A stretch of 64,000 nt of DNA from Cirrosporium novae-zelandiae (taxonomy: Eukaryota). The DNA lies in assembly GCA_026023565.1 (NCBI GenBank), contig JAPETS010000015.1, positions 558,001 through 622,000 on the forward strand. The letters are read 5' to 3'. Below the pieces are notes generated by a model. It saw only the letters and a list, made by a program, of their open reading frames with translations. It was not told the origin of the DNA and searched no databases. Within the stretch, counting starts at the first letter, position 1; each line of letters opens with the position of its first letter. This document shows, in pieces, positions 12,576 through 23,196 of the stretch. The position numbers and the translations under genes were made by a program.

Positions 12576-14580
12576 TTATGCTGCCCTTGCGGCTCTAATC
12601 TTTGTCACTAAATTCTTAGACTCACCCTTTGCCAAATCCAAAAGCATTAGCACATTACTAACAATCCCATCCCTTTTCCTCATCCGGTATAATCCAAACA
12701 ACACCATCAATAAACCTAGACTTAACCAAAACTGCTTCATGATTCGCTGCATGACGCCCTTCTGCGTATATTTAATATTGTAATCTTTCCATCGAGGGAA
12801 CCTGCAGCGATACCAAAAGTACGATTGGGAATACCTGCAAATATACATTAGTTCCTGAATCTTAATTGACCGTCGGGGGATCACACGGGTAAGCAGTAGA
12901 GTTCCAGCCCGTCACTCGGTCTTGATACCAATTGGTGCATCCTCCACTGTTGAAAACCGTCTGGTTCAACTTCTCCTGAATATCTCTCGTGTATTCTCTC
13001 TCCACCTCTTCCTTGACATCATAACTACTCACCTCTCCACTTAAAATTCGCTTCATGAAGTGCAAACTATACATGACCATATTCTCTATCCCGAGGACCA
13101 CGCTGGAGTGGCCTGTTGCCGTGTTGGGGCCAAATATGACAAACATGTTGGGAAATCCGTCCATGGTCGCTCCTTGGTATGCTTGTGCGCCCCCTCGTTC
13201 CCTCCAGACATCATGGATCTCTTTTCCATGCTTGCCGATAACTTTCAGCGGAGAGAGCCATTGCGTCGTGTCAAACCCATTAGCTAGGATGATCACATCA
13301 GCCGAGACTCTGATTTCATCCGTTGGAGCTTTGCTTTTGCTATCATTTGGATCCGGGTAAGTCCTTCCCGGTCCTAGAATTACGCTGTCTGGTTGAACGC
13401 AAGTCAAGGGACGTGTTGTGAGTCCAATCTTAGGGTTATTCAGCCCAGGAAACCAAATGGCATCAAATATCCGTCTTTTGCAACCGACGCTGTAGTCAGG
13501 CGTAAGTATTTCATGATACTTCTCTGGCACAGTACGCTTCATGTGCTTGAGCAATTCAGCCTCCAACTTCTTTCTCGCTTTCTCGTGACGTTCTTCTCCT
13601 CCAAAGAGCTCCCAGTCAGCTTCTGTGCCGAGAAAGACTTTAAGTCTAACAGCCCAGCCTAAACCTGGGATATTGCTAAGGAGCTTCGGACTCCATTTGC
13701 TCCACCATTCTTCTCCAAAAGGGGGTTTTTGTCTAGGAACTACCCACGGTGGGGATCGCATAACTTGGGTTACAGACCTAGCGTTGAAAGGCGCGTTTGG
13801 CAAGCGCGGCGTGAATTGAGCAGCCGAGCAACCCGTCCCAACTACGACCACATCTTTATTGCTGAGGTCGACATTATAGTCCCAGCGTGCAGAGTGAAAT
13901 ACTTTACCCTTGAAACTCTCAAATCCCGGGACCACCTCTGGGATTGACTTGGGCTCAACCAAGCCACCAACGCAACTAGCTAGGATCTTAGCCTTGATCC
14001 GCTCCTGAGAAACAAATACACTGGCTTCACCCTCCTCTCTGATCTTTGTTTGACGGTTCTTAGCGCTTAGATCACCCGCACTGAGAGCCATGTGTTGCAA
14101 AATGACTTCCCACAATTCTTCTTTTTCCAGCCAACGTGCCTCGACAACGTCAGTGTTCAGCTGAATCTTGTCGACGATACCATATTTTTCACAGACATCT
14201 GTGAGATACTGCAGGATCTCCTCTCCGGGAGGATGGAATGTAGTCCATTGATAATTCGGCGCAAAGGAGAAAGAGTAGAAAGGAGCAGGTCTAATAGTAA
14301 ATAGGTAAGTCAATCAAAGAATTGGAGATACGCCATAAAGCAGGGGTGCATATACATACATATCGCAAGCGATTCCCGGGTAACGATTGATATGCCAAGT
14401 ACCTCCCAATTGCGACTGGCGGTCAAATATGCGGAATTGGTCGAACCCTAACTGCTCCTTCAATTGACAACCTAAAGCAATGCCTGATTCTCCTGCTCCC
14501 ACAATGACAACAGGATAATAGGTGTAGGGTTCAGAGCTGTATGGATCGTTCAGGCTGATTTTTGCAACAGATTTAGCCAT
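12576..14580 (-). CDS. Baeyer-Villiger/flavin-containing monooxygenase (3 exons)
   Basis: Motifs VIVGAGESG, GGTWHINRYPGIACD, the BVMO fingerprint FKGKVFHSARWD, a second Rossmann motif VVGTGCSA, and GCKR, ANGF and FPNMFVIFGPN. There is a hydrophobic segment near the C-terminus. Confidence 0.92.
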
Positions 14581-15248
14581 TATAACAGCTATAACTAAAT
14601 TTTCTAGAAGAATAAGGAAATTCTGATGGGAGTCAAAGTTGTTAATAGCAGGAAGAAAAAGAAACAACGAGAAAAGGATTTAAGAGCCCTTAAATGACAG
14701 GATCAAAAGCAAAGCATTAGTTTCACGGCCGGCTCAGTGAATCCGGGGGTACGAAGTGAATATAGTCGCACAGAAACCAATAATAAGCCACAAAGAGAGC
14801 TCAACAAGGAAAGTTCAACAAAACGTGGGGAAGTATGTCGGCCATGTTCAAGCGCTTCAGGGCTTCGCATGTGGGGTATACGGAGATGGTTACTAGGAGA
14901 CCTTATGGATGATAGGAATCTACCTTCCGGGTATTCGGTGCATGGTAGAAACTTCCCATTTCGTTCATCACCCTGCATGATAGCAGCGTTGGTGTGGGGT
15001 ATGACCTTGTCGTCTAATATATTAATAAAAAAGTGTCCAAGTTACACAGAAGGTACCACAAGAACGGAAGCTATGCCCGTCAGCACCTTGTACGAATGAC
15101 TTTGTACTTTGTACCTGTAAGTTATCAATCGTGCTAAAGGAAACCGCACTAATTACCGAGGAACTTGGGGTAATTATGAAAACGGACGACTGCTGCCCGA
15201 GCTTCAAGGGTCAATCATGACATAGACTACTTGTATCAAAACGTGCAT

Positions 15249-15434
15249 TACTTTCGACAGGTAGAAATGAAAGCGACCAGACCCCCAAAAAACGAAACCT
15301 AGAAAAATGACCTTAGGGAGGCATTCAAACAAAATCAATTTTCAATAACAATTCAATTGAAAACCTCCTTAAGGTCACCTTATTCTAGTTCTATCTTTAG
15401 GTCTAGTCGCTTTCATTTCTACCGGTCAAAAGTA
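15249..15434. mobile_element. MITE (Tc1/mariner-type): 182 bp with about 80-bp imperfect TIRs, flanked by TA on both sides
   Basis: The left end TA-CTTTCGACAGGTAGAAATGAAAGCGACCAGACC matches the reverse complement of the right end, TA-CTTTTGACCGGTAGAAATGAAAGCGACTAGACC. The match continues inward (TGACCTTAGGGAGG / TGACCTTAAGGAGG). Confidence 0.8.
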
Positions 15435-15520
15435 CAGTTATAAATAATCATACTTTCCTTGAACGCGCATAGCTACTCATCTTATATTTCTTATCGTGAC
15501 CTTAGTTTCATTCCATTCTT

Positions 15521-16971
15521 CTAACCCTCCATAGTACCAAATGGACATCCTCGCCGCTTAGTTTTCCTTAGCTTCTCTACAGTCTGTCTTTGCCACAATT
15601 TCCCCTTCCCCCTTGCGTTTTCAGGACCTACCTCTCCAATGACATATCCTTCACTCTCAAACCTCCTCTCTTCTCCTGGTACAGGCATACCCATTAACCT
15701 CATAACCCACGCCTTTGGGCCCCAACAGTTCAGGAATGTAGGCTCGACGTAGAACGGTAATCCATCATACGTACGAATGAAATACTTTCCGTCAGAAGAA
15801 GATGCAGAAACGGATAGAACGCGCATGAAATCGGGGCGAGGGAAGGTGAGATATCTCAAGAAAAACATGCGCGCATTTAGAAATCCAAGAATGAATGTCT
15901 TAGCCAAAAAGGTCGGCGGCGTATATATCATGGCCGTCCTAAGCCTGTTATCCAATAGCGCGCTCACGCAGCTCTTTCCAAATGGCTTCAGCAGTTCTGG
16001 AACAGGAAAGAGCAGAATATTTGTGGTTTCGTCTGCGGTTTGGCGATTATTTTCGTGGGGAACCATGTACTTTTCCTCATACTTCTCGCTCCAGTCCCAA
16101 ATTTCTTCCAGCCAATGAAGTCCATCTATCCATCCCTCCTCGCTCGACGGTAGAGCCTCGTATAATATTTCCATCGCGTCTCCTATCTCTTTCCAATAAG
16201 TTCCCAGTGCGCACCGTTCCATCTCATTCATATCTCTCCACTCACATTTCGTAACCCATTTGATTGGCTCCATGGCAAATAAGCTTAAGGTATATAGCAT
16301 GTCATCATTGCTTATCTTCCCGCTCTTTTGATATGCACTGTGAAGGTAATTCATGCGCGCGATCGCCTCGAGAGTGCGCTCGTGGGTTGGAGGGGAGGAC
16401 ATGAATTCGGAGATCAGAACCGACGTGTCTGCGTAGCGCTTGGGAGCTTTCATGGGACAAGAAAACTGTGATGTGTGAACCAGAAGGGAAGATATTGATG
16501 GTATAGCGTAGGTCTAATGAGGTTGAGAAAGTTAGTACATCTGGCAAAGTTCAGATAGCATCAAGATCAAGATACCCTGAACAACGCAAACTGCAATGCC
16601 ACCCTCATCACTTTAGGAAATTCAAGCTGAACCATGTACTTTACAATTTCCCAAGCATCATCACTTGTCATTTTGTAGAAGGAAGCACGGGTTGGATAAT
16701 TGAATTTTCGTTGCATTCGCTTCATTCGTACGAAACGTAGCGTACGAGCCAATAGGAGGTAAGAGAAGATAGCCAGAGGAAGCCATTGCTTCCAATAGGT
16801 AAGAATGAGAGAGATCGCACTGCTTGCTAGTAAAAGAATAGATGGAAAAGATGCCAATAATGTAAAGGAGGATGTACTGATACTGGCAGTAGTGTTATCG
16901 GGGGAAAATATCGAAGAAAACGAACAACTTGAGTTGAACATTGTGATGGAACGAAAGTGGATAGGTAACAT
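15521..16971 (-). CDS. MpaB-like ER-bound oxygenase (latex-clearing-protein-like catalytic domain)
   Basis: N-terminal hydrophobic anchor, ALQFALFR / intron / TYAIPSIS, then KRYADT, AIARMNYLH, ISNDDMLYTLSLF and EIGDAMEI, ending in GCPF. Start is at 16971 or 16941. Confidence 0.85.
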
Positions 16972-17498
16972 CTAATCATTGAACATGTTAAATTGTGGTG
17001 ACAATTGAACTTCTTTATCTGGCGCACAATGACATTAAAACAAAAATAAATAAGAACAACAAAAGGGAAAGCATTTCCCTCTTCAATAATATGAGTTCCC
17101 TTGTTATAGTCGATTAAGCCTCGGTCCGAAATTCTGCAAAGAACCTGCCATAGGCACATAATCGAATATTTGATAGATTGCTTTTATTTTGGGAAAAATA
17201 CATCGGGGATTAGTCTATTGGTTTACTTTATGAGACCCCTTATGAGACTCCTCATCTTGCTCCTGGGTGGAGTCTAAAAGGAGGTATTGGTAAGGTTCTC
17301 ATTAATTAGCGTAAGTCTGGTAGTTACTCGTATACCTAGATATTTATAACTGGACTTGATAGCAAAGTTAATGAAGTTGTCTGCAGGGCCTTGTGGCCTT
17401 GTAGATCTCCATGTGGATATAATTTACTTTAGTTCCACTACTCACAGCCAATCAACGAGCAGCGTGAGTTCACCCAGTGAACTAGCACACAAGACCAA

Positions 17499-17593
17499 GC
17501 AGCAATAGCTCAGCTGGGAGAGCGCCAGACTGAAGTCCCACTTCGGTTTGCAGTAAAATCTGGAGGTCCTGTGTTCAATCCACAGTTGCTGCA
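17499..17593 (+). tRNA. tRNA-Phe (GAA) with a 22-nt intron (17536-17557)
   Basis: Acceptor stem GCAGCAA/TTGCTGC, D arm GCTCAGCTGGGAGAGC, anticodon arm CCAGA-CTGAAG[intron]A-TCTGG, T arm CTGTG-TTCAATC-CACAG. Mature length is 73 nt. Confidence 0.96.
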
Positions 17594-17644
17594 GTCAAAA
17601 GACTGGACTTTGATAACAAAGTCTTAACCATCGCTCGTTGGTAA

Positions 17645-17653
17645 TTTTTTTTT
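17645..17653 (+). terminator. Pol III oligo-T terminator for tRNA-Phe
   Basis: First long T run (T9), about 50 nt downstream of the tRNA. Confidence 0.65.
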
Positions 17654-17779
17654 CGCTTATAATATCTCGGCCGAGAGGCTCACAAAGGGAAATATTTCAT
17701 TAAAAGAGGGTATCGTAAGTAAGCACGCCCTACCGAGTATCTATGTCTCTCTGTTTGATGAAAGCTTTTATTTAAGAAT

Positions 17780-18729
17780 TTAGCGGAACCACCAATTGAC
17801 CTACAGTAATCAAATATTAGAATCACGAATCCAAAAGGCCAAACCTTTATACAATAACTAACCGATCCAATGATTCCCTCGCCAATTCCTCTCAAGCTAT
17901 GCCACCAACCCTTGGGTATAAAAAGGCCGTCACCTCGTCCAAGCCGTGTTTCATAGAAGTTTTCCGCATCTACATCCATTCCCCAGACCTCTTCTTCGAG
18001 CAACTCCCTTTCTTTCCCTTGCATCATCTCCTCTCCGCGAAACACCGATGATGCATTTACCCCTAATTTCGTCTGCACCCTTCTAAATATCTCTCTTCCA
18101 AGTATCGGTTCTACAAGCCTCACGATCTTCGTCCCAGCCATTTGAACAAAAAGATTAGGATTCGGATCCCGATGCAACGGGGTATATGTAGGCCCCAGAC
18201 CTAACCAGATATTTGTATCATAGACATCACCGCGTCCAGCTTCCTTAACAAAGTTGGGTGTAGGCAGAGCTGCTTGAAGTTCTTGGGACAGATCCATCAC
18301 CTGGGCCTGCGCGAGGTAGAGATTCTGGCCCGATGACTTTGCTGCAGAGGGTGAGCGCGTCCAATCCAAAAACACCTTTAGAGGGGCGTGTAGTTGTACG
18401 AAGGTTAGCTGTCCATCTTTGGATGGTTTTTTTTGTATCAATTCAAGTGGAACGGTGAATTGAGAATTAGGTTCAAGGAGGGCATAATTGAGTTGGCAGA
18501 CGGAGGAGTCGGTAGTGGGTGTTGATATGAACCATTGCTGCGTCGCAGGGAGAGAGAGGAAGTGGGAACGAGGAAGAAGCGCCGGTTTAGAAGGGTGGAA
18601 AGCCTGACCACGGAAAGTAGAGATGGAGGTGTTGGGGAGGATCGGGACGTCTCTGGGTAGCGACCTGCTTGTTGACAGGTAGCGGAATCGAAAGGAGATC
18701 AGCCGGGGAGAGGTTCTAATAAAGAGCAT
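17780..18729 (-). CDS. JmjC/cupin-like 2-oxoglutarate Fe(II) dioxygenase, probable mitochondrial presequence
   Basis: YLAQ, NIWLG..TYTPLHRDPNPNLFVQMAGTK and GDGLFIPKGWWH (HxD...H triad). A last intron joins GS to VNWWFR* (stop 17780-17782). The N-terminus is Arg/Ser-rich. Confidence 0.9.
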
Positions 18730-20827
18730 GCCTCATATTTATTGTTAGCTTATATAGCTCGTCGTGAGTCGGGAGGGGTTTACGAAGATAAAATGACGAT
18801 ACTGAGTGAGCTTCTGATCCTAATTTCGGGCGGAATTCATCCGCGTGTCAAGCCTCGGTATTTTCGGTAGATTGTAGCCCTTGGCAATCGCAATACCAGT
18901 CTTTTGCCTAATATATATATATATATTTCACTTCTTGCCCATTATTAGTACTGACTCTAAGAATGGAGGAGTTATTTCGTTTTATAATGATTAGATGCAT
19001 AGCCTTTTCTTCATCAAATATTAGAGTCTCTTCAGTGATTTACTAGAAACCAAACGACCTTTCAAATACCGCTTTGCTCAATATAACTCCAATGGTTCTC
19101 ACCTTGTTTGTAGGCTACCCTAGGACTCATATATTAGCCTAACCTTCAGTCTTTAGTCATATGGGAAGATTATTTATATAGGTATATATATATATATTTA
19201 AAGAATTCTGGCCATGTGATTTAAACGAACCAAATGACCCATTAACTCTACCGCCACTGTCATTATAACAATCAGCAGACTCATTCACTCGCCCATCCCA
19301 TATTTCAATTCTAGCACGTAGTAGTGAATGAAACAGTCAATAATCAATAAATTTAATAAACCGCAAAAGAATCCGTCGATACACATGCATCTCTAATCAT
19401 CCCCACAAACTGAACAACTAATCGCATGACAGTTACACGCACAACCTTTCATTTTTTTTTCTTATCCTGCTAACTTGATTATCTATCTATAACTATGTGC
19501 ATCTTCCTCTTCTTTATTGCTACCCACAAACAAAGCCAAAATCAACATATGGATACCAGTACTCAAGGCGTGGTAACCGATAATGATATCCGGTCCGCTG
19601 CAGCGGTGGGATTGTATCATAAATCCATGTATACAGATACTACTGAGAGAAGGAGAGGAGAGATCGAGGCACGAGGTAATTTCGCTTTTCATTTCTGTGA
19701 ATTTGTATGGGGATGGAGTAATTGATATGATGCTGATATGAAGCTTGTATAGACATAGGGGCGAAGAGGAGAAAGAGACCTCGACGGCAAAATCTAGATC
19801 CAGAGAGCACGGGCCAGGATAGAGAAGTGGAGGGACGGGGAGGAGGCCAAGCAGATGGCGAGGTAGGGCTAGAACTAGGCGTACCTGCAGACGGGGGGGG
19901 CTTAGGGACACCTCCTCTTCCATTAATTGAATCGACGGCGAGAACAAATTCCACAACAACAGCTGAGAGCGGTAGCACCACCAGTCAGGTTCTCACAGCA
20001 GTAGAGGGACATGTGGTTAGGTCAATATTGGTGGAAATTCCGAGGAGATATAGTGGTGCTCGTGGTGGCAGGCTTAAGCTTAAATCCCAGCCTGTTTCAC
20101 AACCGTCGCTATTCGCATGGCTTGGTAATATTGGGATTCTGGGGAACGGGAGTAGGAAGGGGAATGGAGAGGGAAAGAAAACGCGAACACGGTTACAGAA
20201 GAGAAGGCGGGCTAATGGCAGTAAGGTAGGGTAAGGTGATTGAGAGGTATGTACGTGAGTAGTGTTGGTGATTATAGGGGACCTACCTATAGTGATGGCG
20301 TGGGGTGCACCCTTAAAATATAAAGTACATACACATATTATAAGGGATTTTGAGGTCCAGCTGCCACAAGAATAAAAACCCAATGTAGTCTTTGAGGCCC
20401 CTTAAGAACCACAACGATTCGAGGAAATGTTCATAGTACGGATTTATACAAAATCATCAGTGCATGTCTGTGGTGAATAAACATTTATTCATTTATTAGA
20501 GACGGTTTTGGGAAAATATAGTAGAGGAAGTTAATGAAAAAGAGACAGGACTGAGTGGTGGGGAATATTGCAGGTTTATATATTCCATGCCAAAATGATT
20601 GATTCTCAGAGGGTATCATCATATATTATCATATCACATCATATTTTTCATAGATCCTTGCATATCAGATCTAGCTGAGGTTCATGAGGTATATACCCAC
20701 ATCCCTTAACGATATACATAGAAAGCCTACTTATACTGATAATCACCTGAAAAGTAGAGATGCTATTTTTTGAGTTTTAATCCTCGGCGAAACCCATTCA
20801 GGGATATAAATAAAACTATCATGTTCC

Positions 20828-22322
20828 CTATGCCTTAGATTGCGTCGTAGTTTCTTGAGGTGGTGGTGATTGTGCTGTGGCAAGCCTCTTCTTATTGACT
20901 AGTCTGTATCCACCGACAAGAAGGATGAGAGCTTCGGCACCGAAAATAACAGCCAAGGTAACCATTGCTCCAATGACGCCTGCAACCGCTCTCGAGATGC
21001 CATGGTCATTGGATGATGATGCAGCAGCGTTAGAGCTAGATGAAGAGCCTGTAGATGTTGCAGCAATGGAGCATGTGCCCGTGGTATTTCCGCAGGCAGT
21101 GCACCACTCGAGCTGGGTTCCGATTGCAAAGTTATTCATATTATCAGCGAACGTGCTCCATGGAAGTAGAGTATCCTCCTGGCCAAAGAGAGGGTAGACG
21201 GTAGGTTCACTGGCATTGGAGGCGGTGCCATTGTGGAAGAGAAATCGGACACTAATGTCGTCGGTGGATGGGAATGAAGAGGTAGAGCTGTTTGTGACAA
21301 GTTCGAAGACCATAGAGGAGGCATAATCAGGAACGCCCTTGAAGTTGGGGCTGGCGGCTGGAAGCCCGGCTAGTCCAAAGAAGGAGAAGTACGTTCCGTA
21401 AGAGCCAAATTGGATGTTCATTTTGGTCGCGCCTTCGCCGGTGATAGTGTCATTTAGACCCTCTAGGATTTCAGCGGCCAGGGTAGCACCAGCAACGGCT
21501 CTGATTTCGGAAGAGGCATTGTATGCCAATTCCCACTCGTGATGGTCGGCAAGTGTTCGAAGTTCGAAGAATACATTGTCGGTTAGAAGGCTCGAATTGA
21601 AGGTTTCGGTGGAGTTGTGAATCGAGGCAACATTCAACAAGTCGAAGACTATGGAACCGTTAGAGAGTTCTACTTGGGGCTTAACAGAAGAACCTACTTG
21701 TATATGCGTTCTTGTAGCTTATTTCGTCATCGGTAAACACCCCATCAATCATAGGAGTCAAGGCCTTGTAGAAATCGGCTGTGCTGTTCAACAAGTTGGT
21801 GTAGTCATCGGTGTAATAATATTCATCAGAACTAACTTGAGCTTTGGCGCAGTCGGTGGAGCCTTGAAGCCAGCCTGAACTCTCACTATTCGTGCCGCTT
21901 GATATGGTATCAATAGGGATCAATTGATAACCATTCAGAGGCGACTCAACAACAGTGCCATTCCTCAAGGTTTCTGAACCCAATGAGGAGCCAACTGGAG
22001 GGTAAAGACCTTGCAAGAAGCCTTGAGCACTGTTCATGAGCACGTCGTCGTCAGAAGTGGAGACTGAGATCTGGCTTTGCTTGACGAGATCCGAATTCAT
22101 TCCAGCAATCTTAAAGGTAGCATTTGATTCAACGTAGCGATTTCTATAATATGTACCCGATGTATAAACCTCGCGATATCCAAGATCAGTCAGATTAGCA
22201 GGAGGGGTCGACTTTGGTGTTCGATCTCCATGGCGATGAAAGATGTAGACGCCTAGGACGGTCTCAGCAACACTGGTAAGGGGAAACCCCAGAGAAATAG
22301 CAGCTAGCTGTTGGAAATGCAT
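20828..22322 (-). CDS. Histidine acid phosphatase family protein with signal peptide and C-terminal TM helix (2 exons)
   Basis: Signal-like MHFQQLAAISLG, FHRHGDRTP (RHGxRxP), SAQGFLQGLYPP, a Ser-rich linker and TM AVAGVIGAMVTLAVIFG. Confidence 0.9.
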
Positions 22323-23196
22323 CTTCTCGAGCCAATCCAAGGTCAGGTCAGGTCAGATCAGGTCAGTGGAGTGGAGTGGAGTTGAAGAAAGGGAAATGGA
22401 AGATCAAAGCGCGACATTGTGCAGCGCGGGGTAGCTCGGGATATTTATATGTTAGTTGGAGAGTCCGAAAGCCGAATTGTCTTATCAGGTCCGATGACTG
22501 ATGGAAATATGAAGAGTCATATTGTTCCGCGGATTTGACTGGTGATTTTTCAATGTGCAGCAGCTTGACAAGGGAGCAATACAATAGTTCCATTGCCAAT
22601 TGACCTCTGCCCCGCTTCTTGTGAAAGGTCCGAAGGAAACATCAGAAGCTCAAGGTTCTTGAATCTTGATCCAATATCAACCCCACTGTTGATGCCAAAC
22701 ATGACTCAATCCAGGCACATTATCTTTTTAGGTCTCCGAGGTTGGAAGAAAATTCTTGCCCATCAAAAGCCCAACGCACGAGCGATGATTGAGTTGCTTA
22801 TACAAAGAGGTCCAATGAAAAATGATATCGGATATTAACGCTGCTAAAGGAAATCCTATGCAGCTACCTAGGTACCTTGTTGATTTGTTGATTGTACTGA
22901 TAAACTTTCGGATTGGCTTTGGTTACTTTAACGCTTTATCTGATCGAATTTAAAAGTCCTTGCGGCGCTAAGCAACTTACATAAGATATTTGGCCCTTGC
23001 GATATCGCACTGGGTCTTGGAAAGTGGGGAGGAGGAGCATTAACTAGACAGGCACTATAACTAAGTATTAATTACAGGTGACATTTGTTTAAGCGTCGCC
23101 TTCAAATAGCATTTTCATTTCCAGGGTCAATTTTCATATATATACAGCGAACCCAAAACAATAAAAAAAATTCTCCCATTTCCTTCCATTACTCAT

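Noticed and set aside
13430..13438. TTAGGGTTA, complement of a canonical telomerase template
   Set aside because: Lies inside the BVMO coding exon, so it is a chance match.
20031..20044. GTGGAAATTCCGAG resembling the RNase P RNA CR-I motif
   Set aside because: No convincing complementary CR-V/P4 partner or other conserved regions at a suitable distance.
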